Both the position numbers and the translations under genes were made by a program. Shown here piece by piece: positions 27,401 through 36,130 of a stretch of 64,000 bases of DNA. The stretch is from contig NC_088808.1 in the NCBI RefSeq assembly GCF_011386835.1, positions 22,568,001 to 22,632,000 on the forward strand, read 5' to 3'. How positions within the stretch are numbered: the first letter of the stretch is position 1; every line of letters begins with the position of its first letter. Under the pieces are notes generated by a model. It searched no databases. It worked only from the letters and a program-made list of their open reading frames with translations, and was not told the origin of the DNA. The stretch comes from Chrysemys picta bellii (Eukaryota).

Positions 27401-28081
27401 TTTGACTCAACTAGTTCCCAATGCGAAGGATGAATGAGTGTAATCTGCAAATTAATTTTTCTAATGACACTTCTGATTGTCCTCTAGGTCCAGGAGGCAT
27501 TTATCTACAAGCTCACACAGCTATACACCCAACCATATTGGAAGACGCTCTTAAAAAATCATTTTACAGACATATTCTGTCCAGAACTGTGGCACATTAC
27601 AGAATCACTCTTATAATAGAGTCCTGTCTACACAAGACGACGAAATATTGTTTTAGTGGTGACAAGGGACAGCTGTCTGGTAACCTGGTCCCTTGTTGTG
27701 ATTGTCTTTGTAGGGTACACAGGCCTTCAGATGCTATAAAGGTCAGACCTTTTCTTTTCCTTGATTGGAACAGTGAGGATGTATTCCTGCTGCAAGGGTA
27801 AAATGTAAATGGTAATGTTGGAAAAAAGTAAATAGCTCCTTAAGCCATACCTGGGCTCCAACTAACTGGAGAAGTGCAAAGTTTACTGGAAGCACATCGA
27901 TGTCTGTGTTGATGGCAGTCTGGTCGAAAGGACATGCTTTGCGATGAAGCTTGTTCAGGCAGGTCTTACAGACAGTGTGTGAGCAACCTAAGCTGATGGG
28001 CTTGTGCACATTCTCATCAAACTCATTGTAGCAGATTGGACAGGACAGAAACTCCGTCCACTGAGCTGCCTGCACAGGCAT
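288..28081 (-). CDS. RC3H2: RC3H2 / Roquin-2 (RING, ROQ, CCCH zinc finger, Pro-rich region), spliced CDS, 3'-partial: join of 27851-28081, 26004-26121, 24641-24874, 23490-23665, 20294-20494, 19721-19853, 19347-19465, 12142-12254, 11230-11538, 9864-10078, 7713-8140, 6008-6178, 4971-5126, 3204-3417, 2974-3058, 1041-1122, 288-422
   Basis: Exon translations give [21 protein letters not shown] (RING), the ROQ domain, [20 protein letters not shown] (CCCH) and the Pro-rich region as recognised for Roquin-2. All introns are GT-AG and the exons sum to 3120 nt in one open frame. Confidence 0.97.
669..847. mobile_element. Tc1/mariner (Tigger-like) MITE
   Basis: TIRs CAGACGCTCCCC / GGGGAGCTTCTG flanked by TA at 667-668 and 848-849; no ORF. 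Confidence 0.8.
1041..1122 (-). CDS. RC3H2: RC3H2 exon 17 ([27 protein letters not shown])
   Basis: ttaaag|G acceptor, CAA|gtaaga donor, 82 nt. Confidence 0.95.
1262..2750 (+). repeat. MIR/CORE-type SINE split by a hAT insertion (halves ~1262-1346 and ~2640-2750)
   Basis: Removing 1347-2639 restores attttacatacagggaaac|tgaggcagagaagtgaagtgacttgc, the MIR core motif. Confidence 0.75.
1347..2631 (+). mobile_element. Internally deleted hAT DNA transposon with transposase C-terminal remnant
   Basis: TIR CAGGGTGGAT / ATCCACCCTG; perfect 8-bp TSD AGGGAAAC (1339-1346, 2632-2639); 1851-1988 translates [37 protein letters not shown], resembling the hAT dimerisation motif. Confidence 0.9.
2974..3058 (-). 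CDS. RC3H2: RC3H2 exon 16 ([15 protein letters not shown]...YIER)
   Basis: ttctag|AT acceptor, CG|gtatga donor, 85 nt. Confidence 0.95.
3204..3417 (-). CDS. RC3H2: RC3H2 exon 15 ([15 protein letters not shown]...PISVS)
   Basis: gtatag|GAT acceptor, TCAG|gtacag donor, 214 nt. Confidence 0.96.
3827..4079. mobile_element. PIF/Harbinger-like palindromic MITE
   Basis: Ends ggcctgggtccacact / agtatagacctaccc; internal inverted repeats (acttcagctac..gtagctgaagt); CpG-rich, so relatively young; TSD unclear. Confidence 0.65.
4291..4340. repeat. T27 + (AC)n simple repeat
   Basis: Read directly. Confidence 0.95.
4971..5126 (-). CDS. RC3H2: RC3H2 exon 14 ([17 protein letters not shown]...NAVLM)
   Basis: caatag|TTC acceptor, ATG|gtatgg donor, 156 nt. 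Confidence 0.93.
6008..6178 (-). CDS. RC3H2: RC3H2 exon 13 ([10 protein letters not shown]...VDFSTE)
   Basis: ctctag|GAG acceptor, GAG|gtgaga donor, 171 nt. Confidence 0.95.
7417..7652. mobile_element. pogo/Tc2-like MITE
   Basis: Perfect 23-bp TIR CCCTGTTTCCCCGAAAATAAGAC / GTCTTATTTTCGGGGAAACAGGG, TA at both sides, internal repeats of (g)ccttattatcgg. Confidence 0.88.
7713..8140 (-). CDS. RC3H2: RC3H2 exon 12 (Pro-rich; [11 protein letters not shown]...VPLPR)
   Basis: ttcaag|GA acceptor, AGG|gtaagt donor, 428 nt. Confidence 0.96.
8480..8560. repeat. Compound (TG)/(TA) microsatellite
   Basis: Read directly; boundaries approximate. Confidence 0.8.
9604..9810 (+). mobile_element. tRNA-derived SINE with CR1-like 3' tail (tortoise Pol III SINE type)
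   Basis: A box TAGCTCAGTGG (9620-9630), B box GTTCAATCC (9665-9673), CR1-type tail gatgacctttcaaggtcccttccagttcta, short tandem tail. Confidence 0.85.
9864..10078 (-). CDS. RC3H2: RC3H2 exon 11 ([11 protein letters not shown]...PQYPQT)
   Basis: tttcag|T acceptor, ACAG|gtgagt donor, 215 nt. Confidence 0.95.
11230..11538 (-). CDS. RC3H2: RC3H2 exon 10 ([16 protein letters not shown]...ESLSE)
   Basis: atatag|G acceptor, AA|gtatgt donor, 309 nt. Confidence 0.95.
12142..12254 (-). CDS. RC3H2: RC3H2 exon 9 (CCCH zinc finger)
   Basis: [37 protein letters not shown]; tttaag|CCG acceptor, AA|gtaagt donor, 113 nt. Confidence 0.97.
12682..12849. mobile_element. Decayed hAT-Charlie-like MITE
   Basis: Ends CAGCGGTTCTTAAACT / AGTTTGGGAACTCCTG; no clear TSD. 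Confidence 0.6.
13950..14330 (-). mobile_element. Probable DIRS-like (tyrosine-recombinase retrotransposon) ORF1 relic
   Basis: Frameshifted translation [16 protein letters not shown] / [40 protein letters not shown] resembles the DIRS ORF1 C-terminal region as recalled; not searched. Confidence 0.45.
14507..16675 (-). mobile_element. CR1 LINE, 5'-truncated and internally deleted
   Basis: 3' tail taagaacataagaac on +; RT remnants [19 protein letters not shown] and FADDTKL; endonuclease start [15 protein letters not shown] at ~16320-16470; frameshifted. Confidence 0.95.
18440..18527. repeat. Compound (TG)n(TA)n(CA)n-AATAAAG-(TG)n microsatellite
   Basis: Read directly. Confidence 0.95.
19347..19465 (-). 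CDS. RC3H2: RC3H2 exon 8 ([13 protein letters not shown]...GHETPQ)
   Basis: ttgtag|AT acceptor, CAG|gtgact donor, 119 nt. Confidence 0.96.
19721..19853 (-). CDS. RC3H2: RC3H2 exon 7 ([14 protein letters not shown]...IDPNP)
   Basis: tttcag|CTC acceptor, CCAG|gtatgt donor, 133 nt. Confidence 0.96.
19964..20054 (-). ncRNA. SNORD90: Box C/D snoRNA, SNORD90 orthologue
   Basis: Sense to host: terminal stem GTGTCT/AGACAC, box C ATGATGA (20047-20041), D' CTGA after GCTTCATAGGGCAGATT, degenerate C' CTGATAA, box D CTGA (19973-19970); ~110 nt upstream of the exon 7 acceptor; SNORD90 is known to be hosted by RC3H2. Confidence 0.92.
20294..20494 (-). CDS. RC3H2: RC3H2 exon 6 ([17 protein letters not shown]...SIIDK)
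   Basis: ttttag|GTC acceptor, AAG|gttcgt donor, 201 nt. Confidence 0.96.
20601..20805. mobile_element. hAT-Charlie-like MITE
   Basis: Ends CACTGGGTCTCAACC / GGTTGAGAACCCTTTG; TSD not clean. Confidence 0.7.
21225..21422 (+). repeat. MIR/CORE-type SINE relic
   Basis: tattatcccattttattgatagataaactgagacacag..aaggtcac..agaatagaacccac resembles the MIR core. Confidence 0.65.
22028..23254 (+). mobile_element. Non-autonomous hAT element with expanded internal G-rich minisatellite
   Basis: TIR (CA)GGGGTCGGCAACCT / AGGTTGCCGACCCCTG; TSD GATTAGAT (22020-22027, 23255-23262); arms match the copy at 25510-25821. Confidence 0.9.
22330..22870 (+). repeat. G-rich minisatellite (core gggtgcagggcagagggctggg; ~37- and ~60-bp higher-order units)
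   Basis: Read directly; 60-bp period visible at 22441/22501. Confidence 0.92.
23490..23665 (-). CDS. RC3H2: RC3H2 exon 5 ([11 protein letters not shown]...RASCFK)
   Basis: ttaaag|CT acceptor, AAG|gtaaaa donor, 176 nt. Confidence 0.96.
24641..24874 (-). CDS. RC3H2: RC3H2 exon 4 ([12 protein letters not shown]...CQFLGP)
   Basis: ttaaag|GA acceptor, CCAG|gtagga donor, 234 nt. Confidence 0.96.
25510..25821 (+). mobile_element. hAT-Charlie-like MITE (short sibling of 22028-23254)
   Basis: TIR CAGGGGTCGGCAGCCT / AGGTTGCCTATCCCTG; TSD TGCTAGAC / TACTAGAC. Confidence 0.9.
26004..26121 (-). CDS. RC3H2: RC3H2 exon 3 ([19 protein letters not shown]...SGGK)
   Basis: ttgtag|GTA acceptor, AAGG|gtaagt donor, 118 nt. 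Confidence 0.96.
26370..26890 (-). mobile_element. Old L2-like LINE 3' fragment
   Basis: Purine-rich + strand; minus translation ..[15 protein letters not shown].. resembles the L2 ORF2 C-terminus; boundaries approximate. Confidence 0.5.
27851..28081 (-). CDS. RC3H2: RC3H2 exon 2 coding part (RING finger); exon spans 27851-28147
   Basis: [41 protein letters not shown]; CAG|gtatgg donor; acceptor tttacag|CTG at 28147. Confidence 0.97.
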
Positions 28082-30654
28082 TGTGGAAGTTGGACGCTTG
28101 TTTAGCAGACTAGAAGACCATTATTTCACTGTCCCGTATTTTGGCAGCTGTAAAGTGAACGAACAGAGGATGTACGGTAGTTTCTACACAACATTTTGCA
28201 GTCATTTACAATTAGTATTTAATTTAAAAAGCAAAATTTTAACATTTTATGAAATAAAACCAAAAAAACGTATGTTGAAATCCCCATATAATGAATCCAT
28301 CCCCCTCCCCCGTTATCTCAATCTATAGTAACATTTCAATAATCCCATCACATTCTGCTAGCTAGTGTACACTAATCCAGGTTGTGAGCCTATCTTCAGT
28401 AAATGTCATCAGTGTTTCCTGTATACTCATGGAATTCAAATACTTTAGGGAAAAACATTGGTTGACACATGAAAGGTTAAAGGCAGAACCTCAGATACAA
28501 ATCAAGTTCACAATTTTCAAAAACTAACACCACTCCCTAATAATGGAAGGGCGGTGGGAAGTCAAAGAAATATTATATTTGTTTTACTATCATATAAAGT
28601 GGAGTGCAACATGATCACAGATGTTTCATCCTACTGATCTTGTTCAAATTTAAACAGGTGTCAGGATAAACATCGCTTTTTAGAAATACAATCCATTATA
28701 TGCTTACATTTTTTGTTTCTTAAAAGTAGTAAAAAATATTTATTGCTGGAATGGGAGAGTAATTCTGTGCTCACATCACCTCCCTTGTAACAGCCCATCA
28801 GAGGACTGCTTCCGGGGGCATACATTTCTCTATTTGCATTTTACACATTCGCTACCTCATATTTATAACAGTGAAACTCCACGTACGTAAGTCTGTGGCA
28901 GAAAGATCTCTGCTGTACTGGAAATCCAGGTATTTGGGGGCAATTACACAGTTGATACTTTGTTCACACAATTGTTTGCAGAGCATAGCACTGTAGCTGG
29001 TTCCACAACAAGGAAAGGTACAAATATAGAGACCAATTTACAATATGGAAATGTCACCAAAACGCCATATAGATCCAACAAGCAACAACTTCAGTTTATT
29101 ATAAGCAGGTCTTTCCTTTGAAATATCTCACTTTGTGCAGAGGTTCCATGTAAATCCTATGTAGAAATATGTTTGAAGGGAAAAGGGAAAATTTACTCAT
29201 ATATTCTGAAAGACACATCCCATCTGAGATAATCTAAAATTAATAAAAAGAAAACAAGCCTAAATATTTAAAGACTACTCCAGCTAAGAACTTCAGCTAA
29301 ACTATTTAAATTCAAGCCTTCAATGCTGACAATATCAAACTTGTAGGTGCTTGTAAAGGTTAAAGCTAAACAGCCACACCCATAACTACCCTGCAATAAT
29401 TTATCTGGTGGCTTTGATGTTACCAAAAACCTAGAAACAAAGATGGTTTGCGTAAGTGCTATTAATTAACCTGTCCAATTAGCACTTTTCCTTTTAAAAA
29501 TACAGATGAACTCCCATTACTCCCTACACTGCTATATTTATAAAGCGTTAAAGGCTCAATACTATATTTTCTTTTCCAAAAATGGAAATAAGGTAATGTT
29601 ATTGTTTTGAGGAAGCCAACAGTTCCCCCGTCCCATCTGAATTCAACAACTTTTCATTTTGAATCAATTGTTGGCTGTTCTACAGTTCAGTTAGTGATGT
29701 TAGTATATGTTGGACCACTAAAATACTTATTAGAACACTGCATAAGACTTGAAAAGTAAATTTTATTTTAATTATGACCATCTGTTTAGAAATTCTATTT
29801 AGCACTGAGCATCCAATGCTCTTTAAGCAACAGGATACTTGTACAAGATGTTCTTATTTCAATTAGTTTTTCAACATCATTTGGGAATTACTTTTTTCTA
29901 ATTTTTGTATAACATATAAGACAATGCAGAAATTAAACTTTGAACTCATCCCACTGACACTAAATGTGGATCCAATTTCTTCAATACTAAGTGAGCATAG
30001 TCACACAGTGAAGTATGTTTTAACCCTACTATAAAGCACACACTTTACTAGGGAGGGACACAGACAACTTTTTTAGGCAAAACATTGCATATCTGTAAGG
30101 GTTATTATTGTTACATGCATCTTCAGACATGAATGTTCAAAAGTACAATAAGCAACAGTGAACAAAATTCTAAAAGCATCCTGATTTCTCTATGAATTTA
30201 AATGTATAATGCCATTTAGTCCCCCTCAACCCTTGAGTATCCAATAGTAGGAAAACAAAAATGCAATTGTAGAGAAAGGATCTATCTACTCTAGATGTTT
30301 TCCTTAAGACTTCCCATCCTTGCTACCACAGGTTCTGACAGATTACTGCTAATGCCAGTGAAGACTGGTTGCTGGTGACCAATAGCATTTTCATCTCTGT
30401 CAGGTTAGACAACACAGGTAACATATTCTAAATCTCCACCATTGGAGTAGCAAGTGGGAAATTTTAAGAAGTATAGTACACATACAACCTAGATATTAGC
30501 ATGACACGAGTCTCCATTCCCACATCCCTCATTAACAGATTCAAAGGACAGTAATCTTTATTCAGAGAGCATATATATATATATGCTTAGCTCCACACTT
30601 AATTCAGAAGCTTGCAGGTAACAGTAGCAACTCATTTTCCAGGCTTTTAAATAA

Positions 30655-30946
30655 GGGCTAGTCACACTAGAATCACTACAGTGGCACAGCTGTCCCAATG
30701 TAGTTGCACCGCTGTAGTGCTGCTACTGCAGACGCTCTACACCGATGGGAGAGCGCTTTCCTGTCGGCATAATTACTCTACCTCCCCAAGCGGCGGTCAC
30801 TATGTCGGCAGGAGAGTTTCTCCAGCCAACATAGCGCTGTGCACATTGGTGCTTAGGTCAATGTAACTTACATTGCTCAGGAAGTGGCTTTTCCACATTC
30901 CTGAGCGATTTAAGTTATATGAAGTAAGTGATAGTGTGTACAAGCG
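30655..30946. mobile_element. PIF/Harbinger-like MITE
   Basis: TAA|GGGCTAGTCACACTA ... TAGTGTGTACAAGC ends. Confidence 0.65.
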
Positions 30947-31510
30947 AAGAGTCATTTTCCTGATCTGTGCTGGAACGTAATGTAAACAAAACATTAATTC
31001 CTCAAAGAGTATACCAGCAGCTTTTAAGACCTTATTTTGAATATTTAATCATCATAAATGAGGATCCTATTGAGCATGTGTTGACCTTCAGATTTCTTGT
31101 CAGGGAGGAATCTAATTAAATCAGCAAGAGCTGGGGAAAGTTCTCAACTCCTAAAACTTCAAGCAGCCATATTCAGAGGAGGCCTTCAGTACCGTTTCAC
31201 GCATGCCAACTATTCTGATATTTTTGCTCTCCAGTATCTTCAAAAAGGATTCTAACTAAAGTCTACTAATTATCAAGTCAGTTTCTTAAAAAAATATAAA
31301 GAAATGGTTGTACAGACCCGATTTTTCTGACAAGGAACACATTTAGGGATGTTCTGTTGAAAAACAAATTGCTCTAATAATCTAAAAATTGAACAAAATT
31401 AAAAAAAAGTGCCCTACCAAAAATCATTCCGACAAGAACTGTCAACTTAAAAATCTAGTCTCTTTTAAGAGACGAACTGAAAGTATTTTCAGATGCTACC
31501 ATTACCCTGG

Positions 31511-31602
31511 TCTTGCGTCTGATGAAGTGGGCATTCACCCACGAAAGCTTATGCTGCAATACTTCTGTTAGTCTTAAAGGTGCCACAGGACCCTTTGTTG
31601 CT
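31511..31602 (+). mobile_element. Penelope-like-element-derived 92-bp insertion with minimal hammerhead motif
   Basis: 11-bp direct repeat CATTACCCTGG both sides; GCGT-CTGATGA-A-GTGGG(cattca)CCCAC-GAAA-GCTT-ATGC. Confidence 0.85.
31515..31554 (+). ncRNA. Minimal type I hammerhead ribozyme motif
   Basis: Core CUGAUGA and GAAA, 5-bp stem II, palindromic AGCU stem III, stem I GCGU/AUGC. Confidence 0.75.
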
Positions 31603-32133
31603 CATTACCCTGGAGTTGTCCTGATCTTTCTGTGTGAAAAACCCACAAACATGATATAGAAAATGACTAAGCACAAAGTGCTGTCAAATACAGAAAGTAA
31701 ACAAACGAGTACTTTTTTTTATTGTTAACAATAGTAGGTAAAAATATTCAGAAAAATGTGATTTTTCAGCTGTTATCTTATTAAGAGCAGCATCTTAGAT
31801 TACTAAACCTGAAGATTTTAGAAGTCTAAATATACTGTTTGCTATTTATTATGTAACTATTGCATTTAGGACAGACTAGTTCAGATAAATCCAGTTTCAC
31901 TTTCTGCTTCTGCTGCAGGAGCAAAATGCTGTTGAGTTTGAGTTCACAACCCTGCAAGGGAATGTTTAAATTTTCCTATCAGCCACAATTAGTAAACTCG
32001 ACTTTCCTTCAAACATTAGTTTTTTTAAAACTTTATAATTTGTGAAGCGGATTCACAATGGAATGATATGGTATATGGGGCTCATATTTTAAACCAATTC
32101 AGGTATGCTTACTGGATCCTGTAACCTTCCTTA

Positions 32134-32192
32134 TGGGCTTGATTCAAAACCCACTGAAGTCAATTAACTTCAGTGAATTTTCGATCCAGCCC
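32134..32192. repeat. Short old palindromic repeat
   Basis: gggcttgattc..cactgaagt caatta acttcagtg..gatccagccc. Confidence 0.55.
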
Positions 32193-34983
32193 AACTTTTA
32201 ATTCTACTATTAAGCACTTTGAACTATTAAGGATTGAGTGCATTAGGCATTAAAAATAACAACATGGATTTAGTTCTAATATTAAACAATCTTACTATGA
32301 TTTTAACCATGCTATGAGGCTGAGGTGTTCTTTACATAGTAGCTAATTGCAGACAACATAGGATTTTAAAATGGGCAAATTTCAAGGCATCCATTGCAAT
32401 TTTCCATCTGTGCAAGCAGATTAATCACTTGTTTGGACTATAATGAGTAGGTTTGTCAAGCCTTCCTTCTGAAGTTACTTAAAGTTGAAAGCATCTTGTC
32501 TAGCTCAGTAACTTATTATCCATGTTATCAAATTATTAGTATTAAATTAGTTCCTAACAGGACTTTAGTCTTCCATTTATTACTCTAACAACCATCACAT
32601 GCAGATGTAAGAAACTGGGTTCATATTAAAGACCCAGGAAGTGGAAGTGGGCAGTCCCAATAATAGCTTTGCATTTTTTAGCTCTGGTGACTCAAAGTGA
32701 AAATAAATTCTCTTTAGATAGAACAGACTTGTTTGTTTCTGCATATCGCATAATGTCCATCACATTTAAATCTTCTGAGAAACAGCCTAAATGTAAAGGG
32801 AGTTGTTCAATGACCAGTACAGGACAATATTCCAAGACACTGTTCTGATCTGACTTTTTATTGGAAACCCGCATTTATCTCTGGGGAAAGCAGAAGACTC
32901 ATACTGTAGGAAGAAACCTTTGTTTTATTTAAGAAACATCACATCAACCTACTGCAAAACAAGAAGCTAGTTTTTTCATGGCTCCTCATGTTATGGACTT
33001 GAGCTAATAATTTTTAAAAACCTGGCTTAGTCTTCTGTTCTGCTCTAACACTTTTCCTAGATTTATTTATGCGTGTTTCTACGGTGATCATCACTATCAT
33101 AACTTATTATAAAATTGTCTACTTAGACTTTAGCCTTTGCCAAGCACCCATTGGAAGATTTGGAAACTGTAACACTGTTACTATTTTCCCAGTACCTAAA
33201 AAAGACTTTAAAAAACACATTTTTTCTAAGACTATTCGTTGAAACATGGCTATACTATGTAATGCACTAGTATAATATAATATAAAAATGACACTGACTT
33301 CTAGATAAACATTACTGTTTACATATACAAGGTTTTTTTTTGGCAAATGCCAGAGCTCTAGTCACCCCAGGAGGTCAGTCAAGATGCTCTATTTCCTGTT
33401 CAAGCATCACCACTAGTAATAAGGATTCTGCATGTTAAGATGTTCCCTGAGTTATACATCTGTTTTCTGGAGGGTTTCAGGGGTGTAACTGAAAGCTGAA
33501 CTTGGCCTTCCCACAAGCCTGATGAAAATCCATCTCCCATAGCTGTGTTTTCAGGACTAACAGGTCAAAATGGCAAAAATATTTGTCACTAAAATCAGTG
33601 AAGATTATTTTGAATACCAAAAAAGTATGTTTGTTGATTAAGAATGTGCTATTTTTATAGTTACTTTTCAGAGTAGATCTGCACTTAAAGGGTGCTATTT
33701 TTCTGTTATATAGAAGGTTGAGCAGAGGACCAAGGATCATGTGGGGCAGTTCTTTGTGTTTATCCTGAATCTTCTCCCATGCTCCCCAGTTGCACCTTTT
33801 AAACCACCACTTTTACAAGTGAACAGCCCACACACTAACAAATTTCACAAATAACTTTTCAAGCAAGAGTTAGTAATTCCCTAAAGACTGACTTTCATGA
33901 AAGCAGAGGGCTTCTAGGAGTATCATGAAGAAACCTTTTAGAATAGTAAAACTTGTACAAGGAGACAAGTTATGTTCAGTGGGATCCTCCATCCAATAAG
34001 AAAAGCAAAGACAGAGGTACTATTCATGTTCAGGTCATTAATAATTATAAGATTTTATGCAGCAAGCTACATTTTATTTATATCTAAACGTTGATTTTCC
34101 AGAAAGCACGTTAGATATAAATATTTACATCCTCTGCCATAAGTCAGCCAAGTCAGAAAAGATCAATACTCAAGACCAAACAGAATTACACTTTAAGCAA
34201 TCTCTAGTATTGCCATTAAGTTGACAGAATTTTATTTTTTGCATGGAGCTGTACTATTCCATACAAGATGGAAATGCTAATTACTACTACTTGTGGAAAA
34301 AGCTTGTTAATATTGAAGAATATTGTTCACATTAGATAAGAAAGGCATATAGATCTAGGGAAAGCATAGTTAATTACTAAGAATAAGAATGTAATGTTTA
34401 ATGCAACAATACAGCATGCCAGCAGTATATGTTTTAAACTCTAAAATTTCCAGTGATGGCTTTTAAACAAAAAAAGACTGAAGGTCAAATAGAGATCTAT
34501 CCGGGTCAAATGGTTACTTACAATTTCACTAGTATGTTCTCATTTAACATTCTATATCATCTGTTTTTCCTCTTAATGATAATTAATTACACTAATGTAG
34601 GTTTATTTTTCTAACCAATATGAAGAGGATAAATTGGGCTACAAAACTAGCCAAATTATGGTGAGACCCAACTTCTTCATCTAAAGAACACATATGGCTC
34701 AAAAAAGACATCTAGATCTTGCTACCAGAATCTTTCCTGATATTGTGTGGACTTGGTCTTAATTTTAGCTTATTTCTAGGCATAAGCATCTCCCCCTTTA
34801 ACTCCTTTAATCCTTCCTACTAAATCAATACTCCTACCAACCAGTCATATTGCGGTTCTTCTCTAAACTTCCTCCCGACTCTTGTACTTAAAAGTCCTCA
34901 ATATTTCTACAGGAAGAGAAGAGGCAAGGTGAGTGTGCCTACTAAGCACCCTGCATCAAGCATAACCAGATGGAACCACCTCC

Positions 34984-35117
34984 AGGGCCTTGTCTACACT
35001 GCTATTTTTCTTCAAGTTTCCCCACAGGTGCAGTTCCACAAGAGGAAGTAAGAGTGGAAATACTCATGCAATCAGACTGACTCCCCTCCACACTAGAGGG
35101 CATGATGTCTAGCCCTC
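34984..35117. mobile_element. Decayed Harbinger-like MITE
   Basis: agggccttgtctacact left end, tgtctagccct right end. Confidence 0.4.
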
Positions 35118-35199
35118 CTAGAGCAGGGTTAGTTGGCGGAGTGACTAAAAATCCCAGGGTCTGTATATGTTAGTGGTCCCACTGGTGGAGGTGCAACAG

Positions 35200-36130
35200 C
35201 AGACGAGAATGCTAGTTGAGACACGGCCTCAGGTGGGAGCGTAGCCCCGTCCATGTCCCCCCGGAATCCGTGGCCTCTGCGTGCAGCCCAGTCGTGGCGA
35301 TGGCTTTGCAATGCAGACACCCGGCCCTCAGGAACGGTCCCCAAGCTCACCGCACAGGAGCCACCCAATGGCAGCTGGGATTCTCCAGCAGCCTGGCCAG
35401 GAGCGGAGCCGGAGCCAGAGCCAGAGCGAGGCAGGTGAAAGCCCCCCGGCCGCCAGCCGCACCACACAGAGATCAACCACCACCCGGCAACGGGGCTGCC
35501 GAGCGCACCCGCCGCTGGGCCCGGGGGGGGGGGGGGGGTGTGTCTGAGCGCGCCCCTGACAGCGAGGGGGCGGGGAAGGAGCTGACGGGCCCACTCCTCC
35601 GAGCAGGCAGCCCCACCCCGAGCGAGGGGCCCGGCCTAGGAGACCCTCCGCCGCGGCGCTGCCGCAGGGCACCCGGGGGAAGGGAGAGGGGGCTGCTGCA
35701 GAAGCGCCCTGGCTCTCTCCCCCCAGGGAGCTACTCCCCCGGGCCCCCCGCCGAGAGCCGGGCCCCCTCCCTCCGAGCGAGGCCCGGCCCCCGGCTCTCC
35801 CTGGCCAGGCGCCGCCCGCCGAGCGGCCCTACCTGCGAGGCGCGGCCGGGCCGGGAGCAGGAGGCGGCACCGGCCTCTCACACTCCATGGGGCGGGCAGC
35901 CCGGAGCGGCCCGGCGGTGGCAGCAGCGGGGGCCTCGGCGGCGCCTCCTCATCGCGGTGACAGACGGGAGCCCAACCCCTCCGCCCCGCTACTATCGCGA
36001 GAGCTGCCAGGATCACGTGAGAGGGGAGCCCAGGCTGGCACCGCCCCCCTCACGCGCATCACGTGACAGCGAGTCCCACTCCGGTTGGGTGAGCCGCAGC
36101 CCTAGTGCCTCGTGGGAGGCGATCTGGAGG
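35200..36130 (-). promoter_or_regulatory. RC3H2: CpG island / RC3H2 promoter with two TCACGTGA E-boxes (36013-36020, 36059-36066)
   Basis: Very high GC and CpG density 5' of RC3H2 exon 2. Confidence 0.9.
35833..36000 (-). other. RC3H2: RC3H2 non-coding exon 1 (5' end approximate)
   Basis: Donor CGCAG|gtaggg at 35833/35832 inside the CpG island. Confidence 0.65.
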
